A stretch of 63,582 nucleotides of DNA, counting the filler, from Dicyema japonicum (Eukaryota; Animalia; Dicyemida): assembly GCA_011109175.1 (NCBI GenBank). It is 5 parts of 5 records of this genome, joined end to end, with 100 filler letters (N's around TTAATTAATTAA, not from the genome) between each part and the next. Parts side by side here need not be neighbours in the genome. Positions count along the whole stretch, not along the records: positions 44,582 to 55,787 come from RDEW01000084.1; positions 55,888 to 59,005 come from RDEW01000346.1; positions 59,106 to 63,582 come from RDEW01000237.1; 2 more parts are not named here. One strand, 5' to 3'. The notes beneath the pieces were generated by a model. The model saw only the letters and a program-made list of their open reading frames with translations, did not search any database and had not been told where the DNA came from. Both the position numbers and the translations under genes were made by a program. Shown here piece after piece: positions 51,011 through 62,750 of the stretch; the stretch's first letter is position 1; each line of letters opens with the position of its first letter.

Positions 51011-51995
51011 TGTCAAAAACACTCCTTCAGAAACTACAATCAATCCAAAACCAAGCACTCAAAATCATTACGGGTTGTATGAAGTCTACTCCGACTGACC
51101 ATATGCATCAGGAAACCAACACGATCAAACTTGCAGACCATTTCGACATCCATGGAACCCAATTCTTTGCCTCAGCGAGTATGATCAAAAACCACCCAAG
51201 TCACAAGCTCACGACAATACCAACCCCTGACAGGAACATCAAAAACACGCCAGCACTCCACTACTGCCGTATCCTAAACTCATTCACTAACAAAAAACCA
51301 TCGCAAATAAAAGACCTAATAACGAAATCCTCCCTGAACGCACTAACCGCAAACAACATCCTCAACAACCCCCCACCCAAAATAAACACAGCTGAAAAGG
51401 ATCTCAGCCGTAAGGATCGGGTCGAACTCGCAAGATTTCGCTGNATTTCGACATCCATGGTACCCAATTCTTCGCCTCAGCGAGTATGATCAAAAACCAC
51501 CCAAGTCACAATCTCACAACAATACTAACCCCTGACAGGAACATCAAAAACACGCCAGCACTCCACTACTGCCGTATCCTAAACTCATTCACTAACAAAA
51601 AACCATCGCAAATAAAAGCCCTAATAACGAAATCCTCCCTGAACGCACTAACCGCAAACAACATCCTCAACAACCCCCCACCCAAAATAAACACAGCTGA
51701 AAAGGATCTCAGCCGTAAGGATCGGGTCGAACTCGCAAGATTTCGCTGTGGGCATCATCCCCTACTCCGCGACTATCAAAACAAACTGGACAAGGATGTC
51801 GACCCGTCCTGTCCAATCTGCCTTGAGGGACGACACACAGTAACGCACGTCGTCCTGGAATGCAAAAACCTCGCCGCTATAAGGAGATCACACAAGATTA
51901 ACTCCATCCTTAACTTATGGTGTGACCCTAAGAGGTCTGTCGGTTTTCTTCGTGCCGCATTCCTTCCAATTTCAGGGGGGAATGGGGTTAAATAA
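51011..51995 (+). mobile_element. I/Jockey-like LINE 3' part with CCHC knuckle
   Basis: LQSIQNQALKIITGC.KSTP, RFRCGH, CPIC..HTVTHVVLEC; duplicated around the single N at 51444. Confidence 0.85.
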
Positions 51996-52079
51996 ATAAA
52001 ATGATGTTCTCAAGCGTTTCGTTTGTGTGCAGGACCATGAGCTAAAAATGAAATGCATAGAGGTTTATTGAAAGGTGTT

Positions 52080-53050
52080 ATTTCACTAGACCGAGCACAA
52101 TAAAAATCATTTTGGGAGGGATAGGCTGTATACAAGCTAAGATGCCAGTATTATAATTTGAGAAGGATAGAGATTGCAGAGATTATCGGTAGATGTATCC
52201 TTTGTCAAGTACGTTTCTTTATTTAAAATTAGTCAAAACGATTAGTGAACACAAAACAAGAGATCACACCCATCATTGCGAGCAGACCACGTGACAGATA
52301 TATTGCAGACTTAGTCGATTTACGACGTTANCACAATAAAAATCATTTTGGGAGGGATAGGCTGTATAGCAAGCTAAGATGCCAGTATTATAATTTGAGA
52401 AGGATAGAGATTGCAGAGACTATCGGTAGATGTACCCTTTGTCAAGTACCTTTCTTTATTTAAAATTAGTCAAAACGAATAGTGAACACCAAACCAGAGA
52501 TCGCACTCATCATTGCGAGCAGACCACGTGACAGATGTATTGCAGACTTTGTCGATTTACGACGTTATTTATCGTCGAACGACCCATATTCATGGGTATT
52601 TATAATATTAATAAGTAGCTAGGTATTACATGTGATAGATTCTTTTTCAAATTATGCCATGGTTGAGGTTATTAAAACGAAATCTGCCGATGAGGTTGCT
52701 TCTAGCTTACAACGGATTATTTATTATGTTGGACCACCTATCATCCTGCATACTGATAACGGAAAAGAATTTAAGAATTCCAAGATGGAAGAACTATGCG
52801 AGAAGTATAATATTTCGCACGTATTTGGAAGACTACGGGCCCCTTGGGTACAGGGACAAATAGAAAGTTGTTTTCTGTATTAATTAATTTTAGATTTAAT
52901 AAGAGTGTAAAAGGTTGGATTTCCTCCACCAGTGAATCAAAAAATTGTTTTGGACGTTATGTCAATATTATCAAAGATATTGTCGAAGATTATAATTATA
53001 CTATTCACTCGACGACAAGGCAGATGGGAATCAAGAATTGCAATTCAATT
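52080..53050 (+). mobile_element. Ginger-like integrase transposase (H2C2 + rve) with micro-introns
   Basis: H.GRDRLY..CTLCQ, ADLVDLR, IDSFSNYA, LHTDNGKEFKN, PWVQGQIE, YNYTIHSTT; GT-AG segments of 23-27 nt. Confidence 0.85.
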
Positions 53051-53289
53051 AGTGAAACACATCGAAAAGAGCTTATGGGACATAACAGTGATGATACAGA
53101 AAAAGTGGATTTGGAACATGACAGTGATGACGAACTTGAGAAAAAGAGAAAGGAAGCTTTCAAAAACATTGTCTCTTGCTGTATAAAAATGAATAAAAAA
53201 GAAAATGGAAAAACGATGAGGATAGGCCATCAGAAGGCGATCATGTATTTTGGCGCCAGTCGGCCAAGATATCCGTTATATGACGAAAT

Positions 53290-53960
53290 TGATCCCACAC
53301 TATTCAATGTCTTTATGGCCTCAGCGCCTATGCCAGCCAATGCTCGTACTGAAATGGTGATCTATGCAGACGACATTATCCTCTGGGATTAGTCGATAAA
53401 ACCCGAGTGTGCGTGTCGTAGGCTACAGGTTGCTGTGGATGGACTTGTTAACTGGTGTGGGAGTAGGGGTCTAAATATGTGTGCGGACAAGTGCAGTGTC
53501 CTTAAAGTCTGCAAAAGGACGAGGGGTTACACTAATTTTATCCCTAGGTTATCGCTGAGCGGGTCAGCAATCGCTGCAGTTGATCGGATGACTTATTTGG
53601 GCGTGCTCTTCAAGCAGTCCGGTAAGTTCGATGATCACATTGCACGTACCAAAATGCGTGCAATGCAGCGACTAGGCGCGTTGCGTGCTTTCCACTTGAG
53701 GAGAGGTGCCTGGTTCCGCGTTTTTAACGCCATGGTGTTACCCGTATTGACCTACGGCGTCCATGCTTGGCACTTCTGCGAGGACAGGGAGAAGTACGTT
53801 AACGCTCTTAAGAAAGTCAGAAGACGAGCCATCCGGCTAGCCCATGGCTAGGATGGCGAGAGGAGCTCTCCGACGCCCAGGAATTGTCCCTCAAAAGCCT
53901 CCCTGAGGTCCTAGCGAAGATAATGACTGGGTGGCAGGTAAGACGGTAAGTCCTAACTTG
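53290..53960 (+). mobile_element. CR1/Jockey-like RT fragment
   Basis: PTLFNVFM, IYADDI, KCSVL, YLGV, P.LTYG..AW. Confidence 0.85.
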
Positions 53961-54092
53961 TGGAGTGTAGAGAGGCGAGCGTGTGTGCTGGACCGAAAGG
54001 GCAGGAATGCCGAAGGTCACCATATGTTTTCTCCTAACAGCCTCTCTTATTATTTAAAATAAAAATTTTTGTTGTTGAATCAAATTTTTTGA

Positions 54093-55036
54093 TGCCGAGT
54101 ACAAATTATATCAAAGGATCTCAGCTTTTTGGTTTTCAGTTTTTAATATTACCCAAGGTTGGGGTCCCACCAGCACCTCGAGAAATTCCTCAAATATAAG
54201 TCACTTTTGATATTGAAGCGAATGGAATAGTCAATATAAGTGCACGATATGAAGAAACTGGAAAAGAACATCAAAGTATTCACCATTCTATTAGTTCCAG
54301 TCATTTTGAAATCCTCCGGAGGCCTCATTAAAGAGGATATTGAGCGAATGGTTGAGGACGGACAAATTTTTTCAAAATGGATTCTGAGAGAAAAGTTTTT
54401 TCAATCATGTTAGTNGCCGAGTACAAATTATATCAAAGAATCTCAGCTTTTTGGTTTTCAGTTTTTAATATTACCCAAGGTTGGGGTCCCACCAGCACCT
54501 CGAGAAATTCCTCAAATATAAGTCACTTTTGATATTGAAGCGAATGGAATAGTCAATATAAGTCCACGATATGAAGGAACTAGAAAAGAACATCAAAGTA
54601 TTCACCATTCTATTAGTTCCAGTCATTTTGAAATCCTCCGGAGGCCTCATTAAAGAGGATATTGAGCGAATGGTTGAGGACGGCCAAATTTTTTAAAAAT
54701 GGATTCTGAGAGAAAAGTTTTTTCAATCATGTTAGTTCATTATAGGAACGCGTTGAAGCTTGTAGATCTGCTGATGGGATTGTTCACGACACTGAATCTA
54801 AAGTGATTGAATTTAAATACAAAATGTCTCAGGAAGATTCTGATCAGTTGAAGGAGAAGGTCGAGAAGGTGAAGGAGATATTAAAGAAGGATAATGTGGG
54901 GTTGGGTGGATTGAAGAATTCTACAAACGAATTACAGTCGTGTTAACTGCGAGTGTTTGAGAATATTTATCGAAAAATGGCTGATGAAAGAAATAGTCAA
55001 AGCGAAAATAAAACTGATAATAAGAATGATTCATGA
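54093..55036 (+). pseudogene. HSPA9: Mitochondrial Hsp70 (mortalin) C-terminal fragment with nonsense codons
   Basis: GVPPAPREIPQI*VTFDIEANGIVN, SSGGL.KEDIERMV, ADGIVHDTESK, YRKMADER. TAA replaces conserved E and S; introns retained. Confidence 0.8.
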
Positions 55037-55199
55037 GGTTAGGAAGGGCAGAATAAATAACCTTAGTAGTTGGCCTAATTTTTTCACTCGTTTTATCAAT
55101 TAGTTTAATATTTCTTTTATTTTTTATACGTAGTTTGAAAGTGACATGTAGTTTTTGGTATGTTCTAAGATAGGTAGAACGAGTACATCTATACGGATC

Positions 55200-55335
55200 T
55201 TCTTGGAGGTCGGAGCCTGCGCATTAGAGACACCACTCACTCCTCCTCCAGCAGATCGTAGATGTAGTTGTTGTCAATTTCGATGTACGACACACACTTC
55301 ACTCGACTTGAAACAGTCAAAGATGTACTTGACCG
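55200..55335 (-). pseudogene. Kinesin-6 (KIF23-like) motor fragment
   Basis: VSYIEIDNNYIYDLLEEE vs KIF23 VSYIEIYNNYIYDLLEE. Confidence 0.5.
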
Positions 55336-55887
55336 AATTNTAGTTTTTGGTATGTTCTAAGATAGGTAGAACGAGTACATCTATTAAATGGACCGTAAAG
55401 TATTTTGTTCTCTTTGAAGAACGTTTTCAGTGTTTCATCACTGACATAGTCCGTACTCATAGTCCCACACTTTGGAAGATTGATATCTTGAGAGATCTTG
55501 ACTGGTTTGATTTTTCTTACGAGATTTTTTACACGGAATTTATTTCTCCTAAGAAAAACCTCCATTAAACAGTGAATACTCAGATTCTGTTTCACAAGAA
55601 GGGTCAACTACTGTTTCGGTCGCAGCGTCTTTAACAATTTGATATTTTGTGTATTTAGTTACTGGTTGTTCTGGAATTACATAAACTGAGCTAGAATCTT
55701 TCACAACTAGTTCAGTATACTCTGATATATACTCACCTGAATCTTTCTTTTCAATAATACTCATCCCTTCATCAGGAGATTCACAAANNNNNNNNNNNNN
55801 NNNNNNNNNNNNNNNNNNNNNNNNNNNNNNNTTAATTAATTAANNNNNNNNNNNNNNNNNNNNNNNNNNNNNNNNNNNNNNNNNNNN

Positions 55888-55935
55888 CCAGATTTTGTCG
55901 ATCCCCGAAATTGGCGGATTCGAGAGACTTTACTG
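55888..55935. mobile_element. Second copy of the Tigger terminus seen at 35213
   Basis: Reverse complement of 35213-35260 followed by TA. Confidence 0.9.
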
Positions 55936-56078
55936 TATATGGGTGTCGTATGTTACTCTTAAAATATTTTGCGATTTTTGAATGGTATCTCTACATCGAT
56001 AATTTTTTGTTAAAATTTTAATATTTCTTAATATAGTAACGTGTCAATATAATAAAATTTTAAATTTATTTATTGTTA

Positions 56079-56773
56079 ATGGGACATATTTCAATTCCAG
56101 ATGTTGAGGGGTATGTACCAAATACGCTTAAGAGGAATGAAATTTTATTTTATTTATCGGGAGTTTATATTCTAATAATTATGATACCTTTGATATTTGG
56201 AAAAATTTTTCATCTTTCCAAATTTTCAAAATTTAAGGCAGTCTGGTTTTTTTTCTCGTTTTGCAACCACATGGGTATTGAGCTATATTACATAAACAAC
56301 TATTTGTCATTCCATCGTCAATCTAATTTACTGGCACAGATATGTATTATTTTATTTTCAGCTATGTTATTTAGGGAAAGAATATTCGATTTCTGATTCT
56401 CGTTTTATAGAGTTAAAATGATATATTCTCATTTTATAGACATGATTCTACTACCGTTGCTATGGAATATTTCACTGTATTTGTTTTAGACCCTTTAGCA
56501 CTGATTAGTTTTTGTACTATAATTTTTAAAAGTCCGAAAATATATATTGTGCAATTATTTCCTACTCTATATCAATCTTATGGGACTTTTATCTACTTTA
56601 TGACTGAATATTTAGACGAATTTAAGCATTGTCAAAAGTTCGGAGATTTTGATTACTTTTGGACTTCTTTTGTGTTTCTCAATTCTCTTTAGTTTTTTAT
56701 ACCTGCTTTAATTATCTGTGAGTCAGTGTTCAAATTATTTTTCCCTTCGCTAATTAAACAAAAAGATAATTAA
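56079..56773 (+). CDS. EBP: Emopamil-binding protein (sterol delta8-delta7 isomerase); in-frame TAG at 56690
   Basis: H..IELY, WKEYS.SDSRF, MEYFT, YG..IYFMTE, YFW..FVFLN, and a C-terminal KQKDN ER-retrieval motif; two micro-introns. Confidence 0.85.
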
Positions 56774-57149
56774 CACTCTTTCAACTTATTTAATTTTCCT
56801 TTTTTAACTTTTTAAAATTCCTTCTAAATATATACTTGAACTTGAATGAAATCTATAAATTATTAATCAAACAAATTTTATGTCATTTTATATTATAATA
56901 CTTTGAAAAATATTCAGGAATTAAAATAATTCATTTATAATTTGAAATTTTTACGATAAAATCGGACAAATTTTACAAAGATACCATAAACAATAAGAAA
57001 AGTTGATCAATCATCAAAAAACCGTGGTAAATAAAGAAGCAAATCTTAATGGTTAAAAATAGAGTTAATTAAACTTCTTGATTAAAATTTTCAATCCAGA
57101 TCGTTGGTAATCTCTTGTTTTATAGAAGGAGAGTTTTTTGCCAAGTCCC

Positions 57150-57370
57150 TTTTATGTCTAAGAGCTTTTAGTCAGAATCAGTCATTCGAGGCGATATTTT
57201 CCACAGATATCTCTATCGCTTGTTTATGTTCAATCATCATGCTCTCGAGAGTCTTTTGCACAANGGCTTCAGTAAAGTGATAGTACTTACAAAAACGAGG
57301 AATAGACTTGATGTTGTCAATAGAGGTGATATACGCTTATCATGGTCAAATATTGAGCCGGATTGTTTCT
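57150..57370 (+). mobile_element. Buster-type hAT C-terminal fragment
   Basis: GFSKVIVLTKTRNRLDV..DIRL..SNIEPD. Confidence 0.6.
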
Positions 57371-57689
57371 GATGTATTTTTCAATTATTTAATTAATTTA
57401 AATACAGTGCGACTGGGGAGACCCAAGTAGCGGGGAAACTCTCTTTTTTGGGGAAAACCTTGCTTTTGGGGAAATATTTTCGCCATCCCTATAAAATACA
57501 ATGATTTTTAAAGAAATAAACCCCCTACTAGGGAAAAATTTTATATTATCATAAACGATTCATTAATATATTTCTATAATTTTTGATTTATTATTATTTA
57601 TTTATTCTAACCTGTTTTACCAAATTTATTATCAATAATTTTGAAATTTATTTAACCTGGTTTATTGGTTGAGGTGGTGACGAGACCTC

Positions 57690-58090
57690 TATCGCACAAT
57701 GTCTTATTCGTATTCCTTACCGACTTCTCCGTTCACTCTGGGATCTTTCAATTGCAGAGGAATTGATCAACCTTACAAGAAACACCAACAGGTATGCGAT
57801 CTAACCAAATATGACGTCTCTGTCTGCTGTCTACAAGTGACAAAAACGACCCTACAATGCTTGGAAAATTACACCTTTTATCTTCCCGTCGGCCTGCCGA
57901 CATTATGGCCTCGGATTTGCAGTCCACCAGGACCTGATTCACTACGTTACAAGGGTGTGGACAGCATCTGATATTATGATGGAAATGGCTGACGACCTGT
58001 ACTACCTAAGAGAACTAGTGCGCAACAGAGGATCATGGTCGAAGCTAACGGAGAGGATGGTTCGGAATACGGCACAAGAGAAACTCAACT
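57690..58090 (+). mobile_element. Internally deleted RTE-like LINE (APE start joined to 3' end)
   Basis: LGSFNCRGI..CCLQVTK, then YLRELVRNRGSW. Confidence 0.65.
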
Positions 58091-58226
58091 AATTTTATGT
58101 TTTCTCGGGAGTGCTTTTTTTTAATTTTTTTAATTTAAATTGGTAAGTTAGTTAGTTAACTAATTAACCCGGTAAAGAATTGTAATTATCAATTTTTTAA
58201 GTTATTCTATAAATTTTAGAAAGCGA

Positions 58227-58860
58227 ATGCCTAAAAAACAAAATCAAAGTGAAAAGATCAGAATTTGCAAGGATGTACAGTCGGTCTCTATAAGGATAGA
58301 TTGATTTGTTAAAGATTTAACATCTCTAAAGGAATGCTGTACCGACTAATAAGAAAANATTTGTGAAAGATTTAACATCTCTAAAGGAATGCTGTACCGA
58401 CTAATAAGAAAGGGGAAGGAATCCTAGTTCAAGGCTTCTCAACATCCGAAGGGACAATTGGATACGAATTGAATGCCCAAGTTTACGAGATTTTTCGTGA
58501 AGGTTTCCGAATCAATGGGCCAACCTTAAAGCTAATTTCACGTAAAATTGCATATAGAAATTCAAATCAAGATTTCACTGCTTCCAATGGATGGCTTTAC
58601 AGATTTAAGAAGCAGTTAGAAATAAAATTCAGAATATGAATATGACATCAGCTGATAAATGGAGTTGCGGAAAACTTACGTTCGACTTTCAGTGATTTGC
58701 TTGAGAAATATAGTAAAGAAAACATTTTCAATTGTGATGAAACTGCATTATTTTATAAAGCTGTATCCAAAAAGAGTTTTGTTGAAAGAAATGAGTCACA
58801 CAGCAGACATAAAATAAGAAAAGAACCTATGACACTTTTTTGTGTTGCATAGGAGAAAAA
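58227..58860 (+). mobile_element. Tigger/pogo transposase fragment
   Basis: INGPTLK..FTASNGWLYRFKK; NIFNCDETALFYK. Confidence 0.85.
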
Positions 58861-59649
58861 TATTAACCGTCAGAATTAAATGGAGTATAGAGAACCGCAT
58901 TCTTCATAGCACAAACACTAAGTGCCTGATCTCTTGTAGCCAAAAAATCAAACACATAGAAAGAATTGTTCTGAAAATAAAATATCTGTGAAAAATAGTC
59001 TAAAGNNNNNNNNNNNNNNNNNNNNNNNNNNNNNNNNNNNNNNNNNNNNTTAATTAATTAANNNNNNNNNNNNNNNNNNNNNNNNNNNNNNNNNNNNNNN
59101 NNNNNCCCGGAAAGGCCCAATTGCTCTTCCAAAACATTGGAGTAATTTCCATTCCTTGCTGAATGTCTGAATACCATAATAGAGTTCTCACTTTCATTTA
59201 AATTATATTACTCGCTTATGTTGATAAACTTATCAGAACTGTGAAAAGCTACTTCGAGAAAAAAACTCGAAAAATGTTTACTGATGTTGGCCATTTTCCA
59301 AGTGTAATCATCATTAAGTTTGTCTGACTTTTATTTTAAGATAAGGGAGTTGGCTTAAATCTCTAAATTTTTATTCCGTCTATTACGGAAGCCGATCAGT
59401 CCTCATGTTCACGCATGTACTTGGGGAACATCAAAGAAAGATATGGAACAACTCGACTCATTTCACAAAGTCCAACTAAGAAAACTATTCTTGGCCAAAG
59501 AAAATCTCAAACAATAAATTACACTAAAAACGTTGCTAGACGATTATCAGAATCGTTTAATTCATCCTCCGGAGTGTTTGGAGAGTGGTTCCTGAAATTG
59601 AACGAACAAAAATCCGAGCTTACTACAATAAAACATGAAAGCAATAGCA

Positions 59650-60495
59650 CATAATAGACTACAAGTAAAGTAATTTGCATGGAAGTCTTGGCAAATGATG
59701 CTATGGTTCCTAACAAACTAAAGAGACATTTTACTTCCAAGCATCCGGACTATTCCGAAAAATCTGTCGATTATTTTATCCATTTGAAAAAAGTTTTTGG
59801 AGAAAAAGAGTTTTAGATATCGATTATAGTATGTTTTCTAATACGAATCGTTTATTTTATATTTTAATTATAAGGATATAATGGTGAATCGATACAGAAA
59901 CTGATTAATGAACATTGAATAATTTTGGAAAACAAAATGGATGCTTATTTTTCAGACTTAAAAATTGAAAAATTCGATTAGGTTATTATTTTTTTAAATT
60001 TTTTTTAGATACGAAATCCTTTTTTTTGTGTCAGAATCAAAACACTTATCTGTTAAAGAAAATGAAGAACTTATTGTACTGTTTAATGATCGATCCTTAA
60101 ATTTAATGTTGACGGAGTTAGAAATTGGAGAATTCTGATATATATTCGAAACATATATCCCAGTTTATCAAAACAAGCACTGATTATAATTTTACAGTTT
60201 TCAACGACCTATTTATGCGAAACAGGTTTTTTTACGCTGCATAATATGAAATATAACAAACGTGAAAATTCGAGAAACATTGATGCTGAAATGCGGGTGG
60301 CTTTGTCAACCATTCGACCTGATATTGATGATATATGCAAAAACAATAATAATTAAGATTTTTTTTTATTAATAAAAATTTGGGCATTAAATTACCAATT
60401 TTTGTACTTAGTTTTACACATCTTAAAAATTTAATTTTTATTTTTAATTTGTGCGTGGATTATTTTTTTACAATTAGTGTGCCGCGTGAATTATT
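59650..60495 (+). mobile_element. Internally deleted Buster-type hAT
   Basis: ICMEVLANDAMVPNKLKRHFTSKH; FSTTYLCETGF..EMRVALS.I.PD; GTGCCGCG subterminal motif. Confidence 0.8.
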
Positions 60496-61299
60496 TTTTG
60501 AAAAGCTCTGGTCTGAACATTGCGTTCATCCATATCCACTAAGAACCCCTTAAGTAGGGAAACGATTATTTATTTTAAATGCTTTTTGAAACATGTGGAT
60601 CATATGAAGGATTCGTAGAAATTGAAGAAGGAACGGAATCTTTCGATTGGGTAGGTTAACCAACAATTGCGACTGGAGGGACGGTACTGACCACTTCTCC
60701 CATTTGCTTAAAATGATATCACTTATTATTCTGCACAAACGCAACTTAAAGCATCACAAACTGAAATGCCTCCACACTCCACTGAAGATGCAACTACTGT
60801 AAGAGAATCTAGGTCCTCTGCTTCATTTTTGAATACCTCATGTTTTCTTGGATTCCACAGGTACCATATATCTCGGTCGTTTTCAATATCATCCATTACA
60901 CTCGAAATATGCTCTTATAACGTCGTTGGAAAGTATTGTTGAATTTATTCTTAGAATATGTCCAAACAAACCTCAATCCAGAATTTACACAACAATATAT
61001 GTTTCACTTTTAGTGACCATTCATCAAATATTTAAGACACAAACTTGGTGCTATGTTATTTCGAATTATTAAATAATAAAAAAACGTGAAAATTGAAATA
61101 GAAAAGATAAGTCATGACTGGTAAAATGCATCTATCTCCAACAAATTTTGATGGGAGATTATCGCATGGGGTGTACTAGTTATAAAGGAGTATGGAAATT
61201 AGTATCAATATCAAAATAAATGTAGCGAATTATATTATTAAAGCGACTTATATTGTTTGAAGTGAATTTCTCTGAGGCTTATAATTTTTAGAATAAAAT

Positions 61300-61715
61300 G
61301 ACGTTGAAAAACTCTCTTTTTTCAGTTGGCTATCACTGATTTTGGAGTTGACTAATCTTACACGGAGCGATGGCAAGCACCCTAGCGGGAAAAAAATATT
61401 CTCTTTTGCTAATTGTCGGAACCTGGTAAGGGATGCTACATGTGTTGATACGTATTCTCTGAAGAATTTGCCCACATCAGTCTAAGACCAAAGTCATGCT
61501 TCTGTGGAAGCAGAGGATCAGAAGAGGAGGAGCATTTCGGAGGATTATTGTTTATCCCATTTGCAGTTGATACATCAGGAATCCTCGCCCATAAGCGGGC
61601 GATCTTTTCCGTCGGATCGGATCAATTATCGATATGGGTCATCAAGGATAAATGAGATTGGATGGCTTCGGGAGCAGATCTCGGTAGCCATTGTCTGAGG
61701 TAATAGTAAAAAATC
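61300..61715 (+). mobile_element. Degenerate CRE-like endonuclease fragment
   Basis: RSDGKHP, DATCVDTY, IPFAVDTSG, WLREQISVAIV*GN. Confidence 0.75.
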
Positions 61716-62439
61716 AGATGTATTGGATTTGGAAAATTAAATAGATCGTCAGAGAAGGTCCTTTACATTGAGGTCTTCACAAACAATAGAGTTCTTATAA
61801 ATACTTGTATTCTACGTTGGGCATGTCTCCCATAAAACGGTCTACGTTGGCATGTCTCCCCCCTTCGAACCAAAATCTTTCGTTCATTCGACACTTTTTT
61901 CATAATTCAATTCCAAGGAGAAGTGTTATCGTCAAATAATGTGATCCAGAAGTCCATATTAGTTTTTTTCCTGCGGTTAGTTTTGGAATCCTGGATTAAT
62001 CTCCACAACAGAGAAGGTTTCTTCTCGTATCTCGGATATTCGTACAGAAATAGTTTATGTCCAGCCAGAGGGAATGGTCAGGATATCGCACAGCAAAAAT
62101 ACGTACCCACTACAACATTCCGTCCAATCAATAATACCAAAAAATAATATTTTATTGTTAAATAAAACGTTTTATTGAGAATACCCAAACTAAATAATTA
62201 AATTTAATAAATTAAAATTAACACAATTACTTGCGTGTATATTCCATTCAAGATCGACTTGTGTGTATATTCCATTCAAGATCGAGATCCCGTCGCCCTC
62301 CGAATGGTGTCTCTAGGTGATCCTCTCCTTTTTCTGGGGCATTTTATTTTATTTTTAAACGATTTACCCTGTACATATGCTGACTGTTTAATTATCGCGA
62401 GCAGAAACAATTCGTGGATATGGCAAAAATCATGCTCTG

Positions 62440-62750
62440 CCGTCTTATACTACCAAATTATAAAGCCGAGGGTGGAGTATGCCTGTGCCTCTGGCCTTAC
62501 GGAATTTCAATTTCAAACTTATACTAGATAAATTCCGTATGAGAAAAATGGTCACAACCAATTTCTCTGCTCCGCTATTTCCTTTATTATTCGACAACGC
62601 GGAAACCCGGAATAATGGTTCCGGCTTCATCACTCTATGTTGCTCGGAATCCGATCGCTTCTACCAATCAGCAATAGAAGCCGCCGATACACGTAAATTT
62701 GGAAAACACCCTCTCCAAGAGGAAGTCGTGGATTCAGAAAAGCTGTAGGT
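62440..62750 (+). mobile_element. Possible CR1/L2-like LINE 3' fragment
   Basis: LYYQIIKPRVEYAC resembles the CR1/L2 LY..LIRP.LEY motif. Confidence 0.4.

Noticed and set aside
51170-51745. Tandem duplications around single N bases (49754, 51444, 52331, 54415, 55340, 58358)
   Set aside because: This pattern is typical of overlapping contig ends or haplotypes joined by a scaffolder with a 1-N gap; they are not reliable biological duplications.
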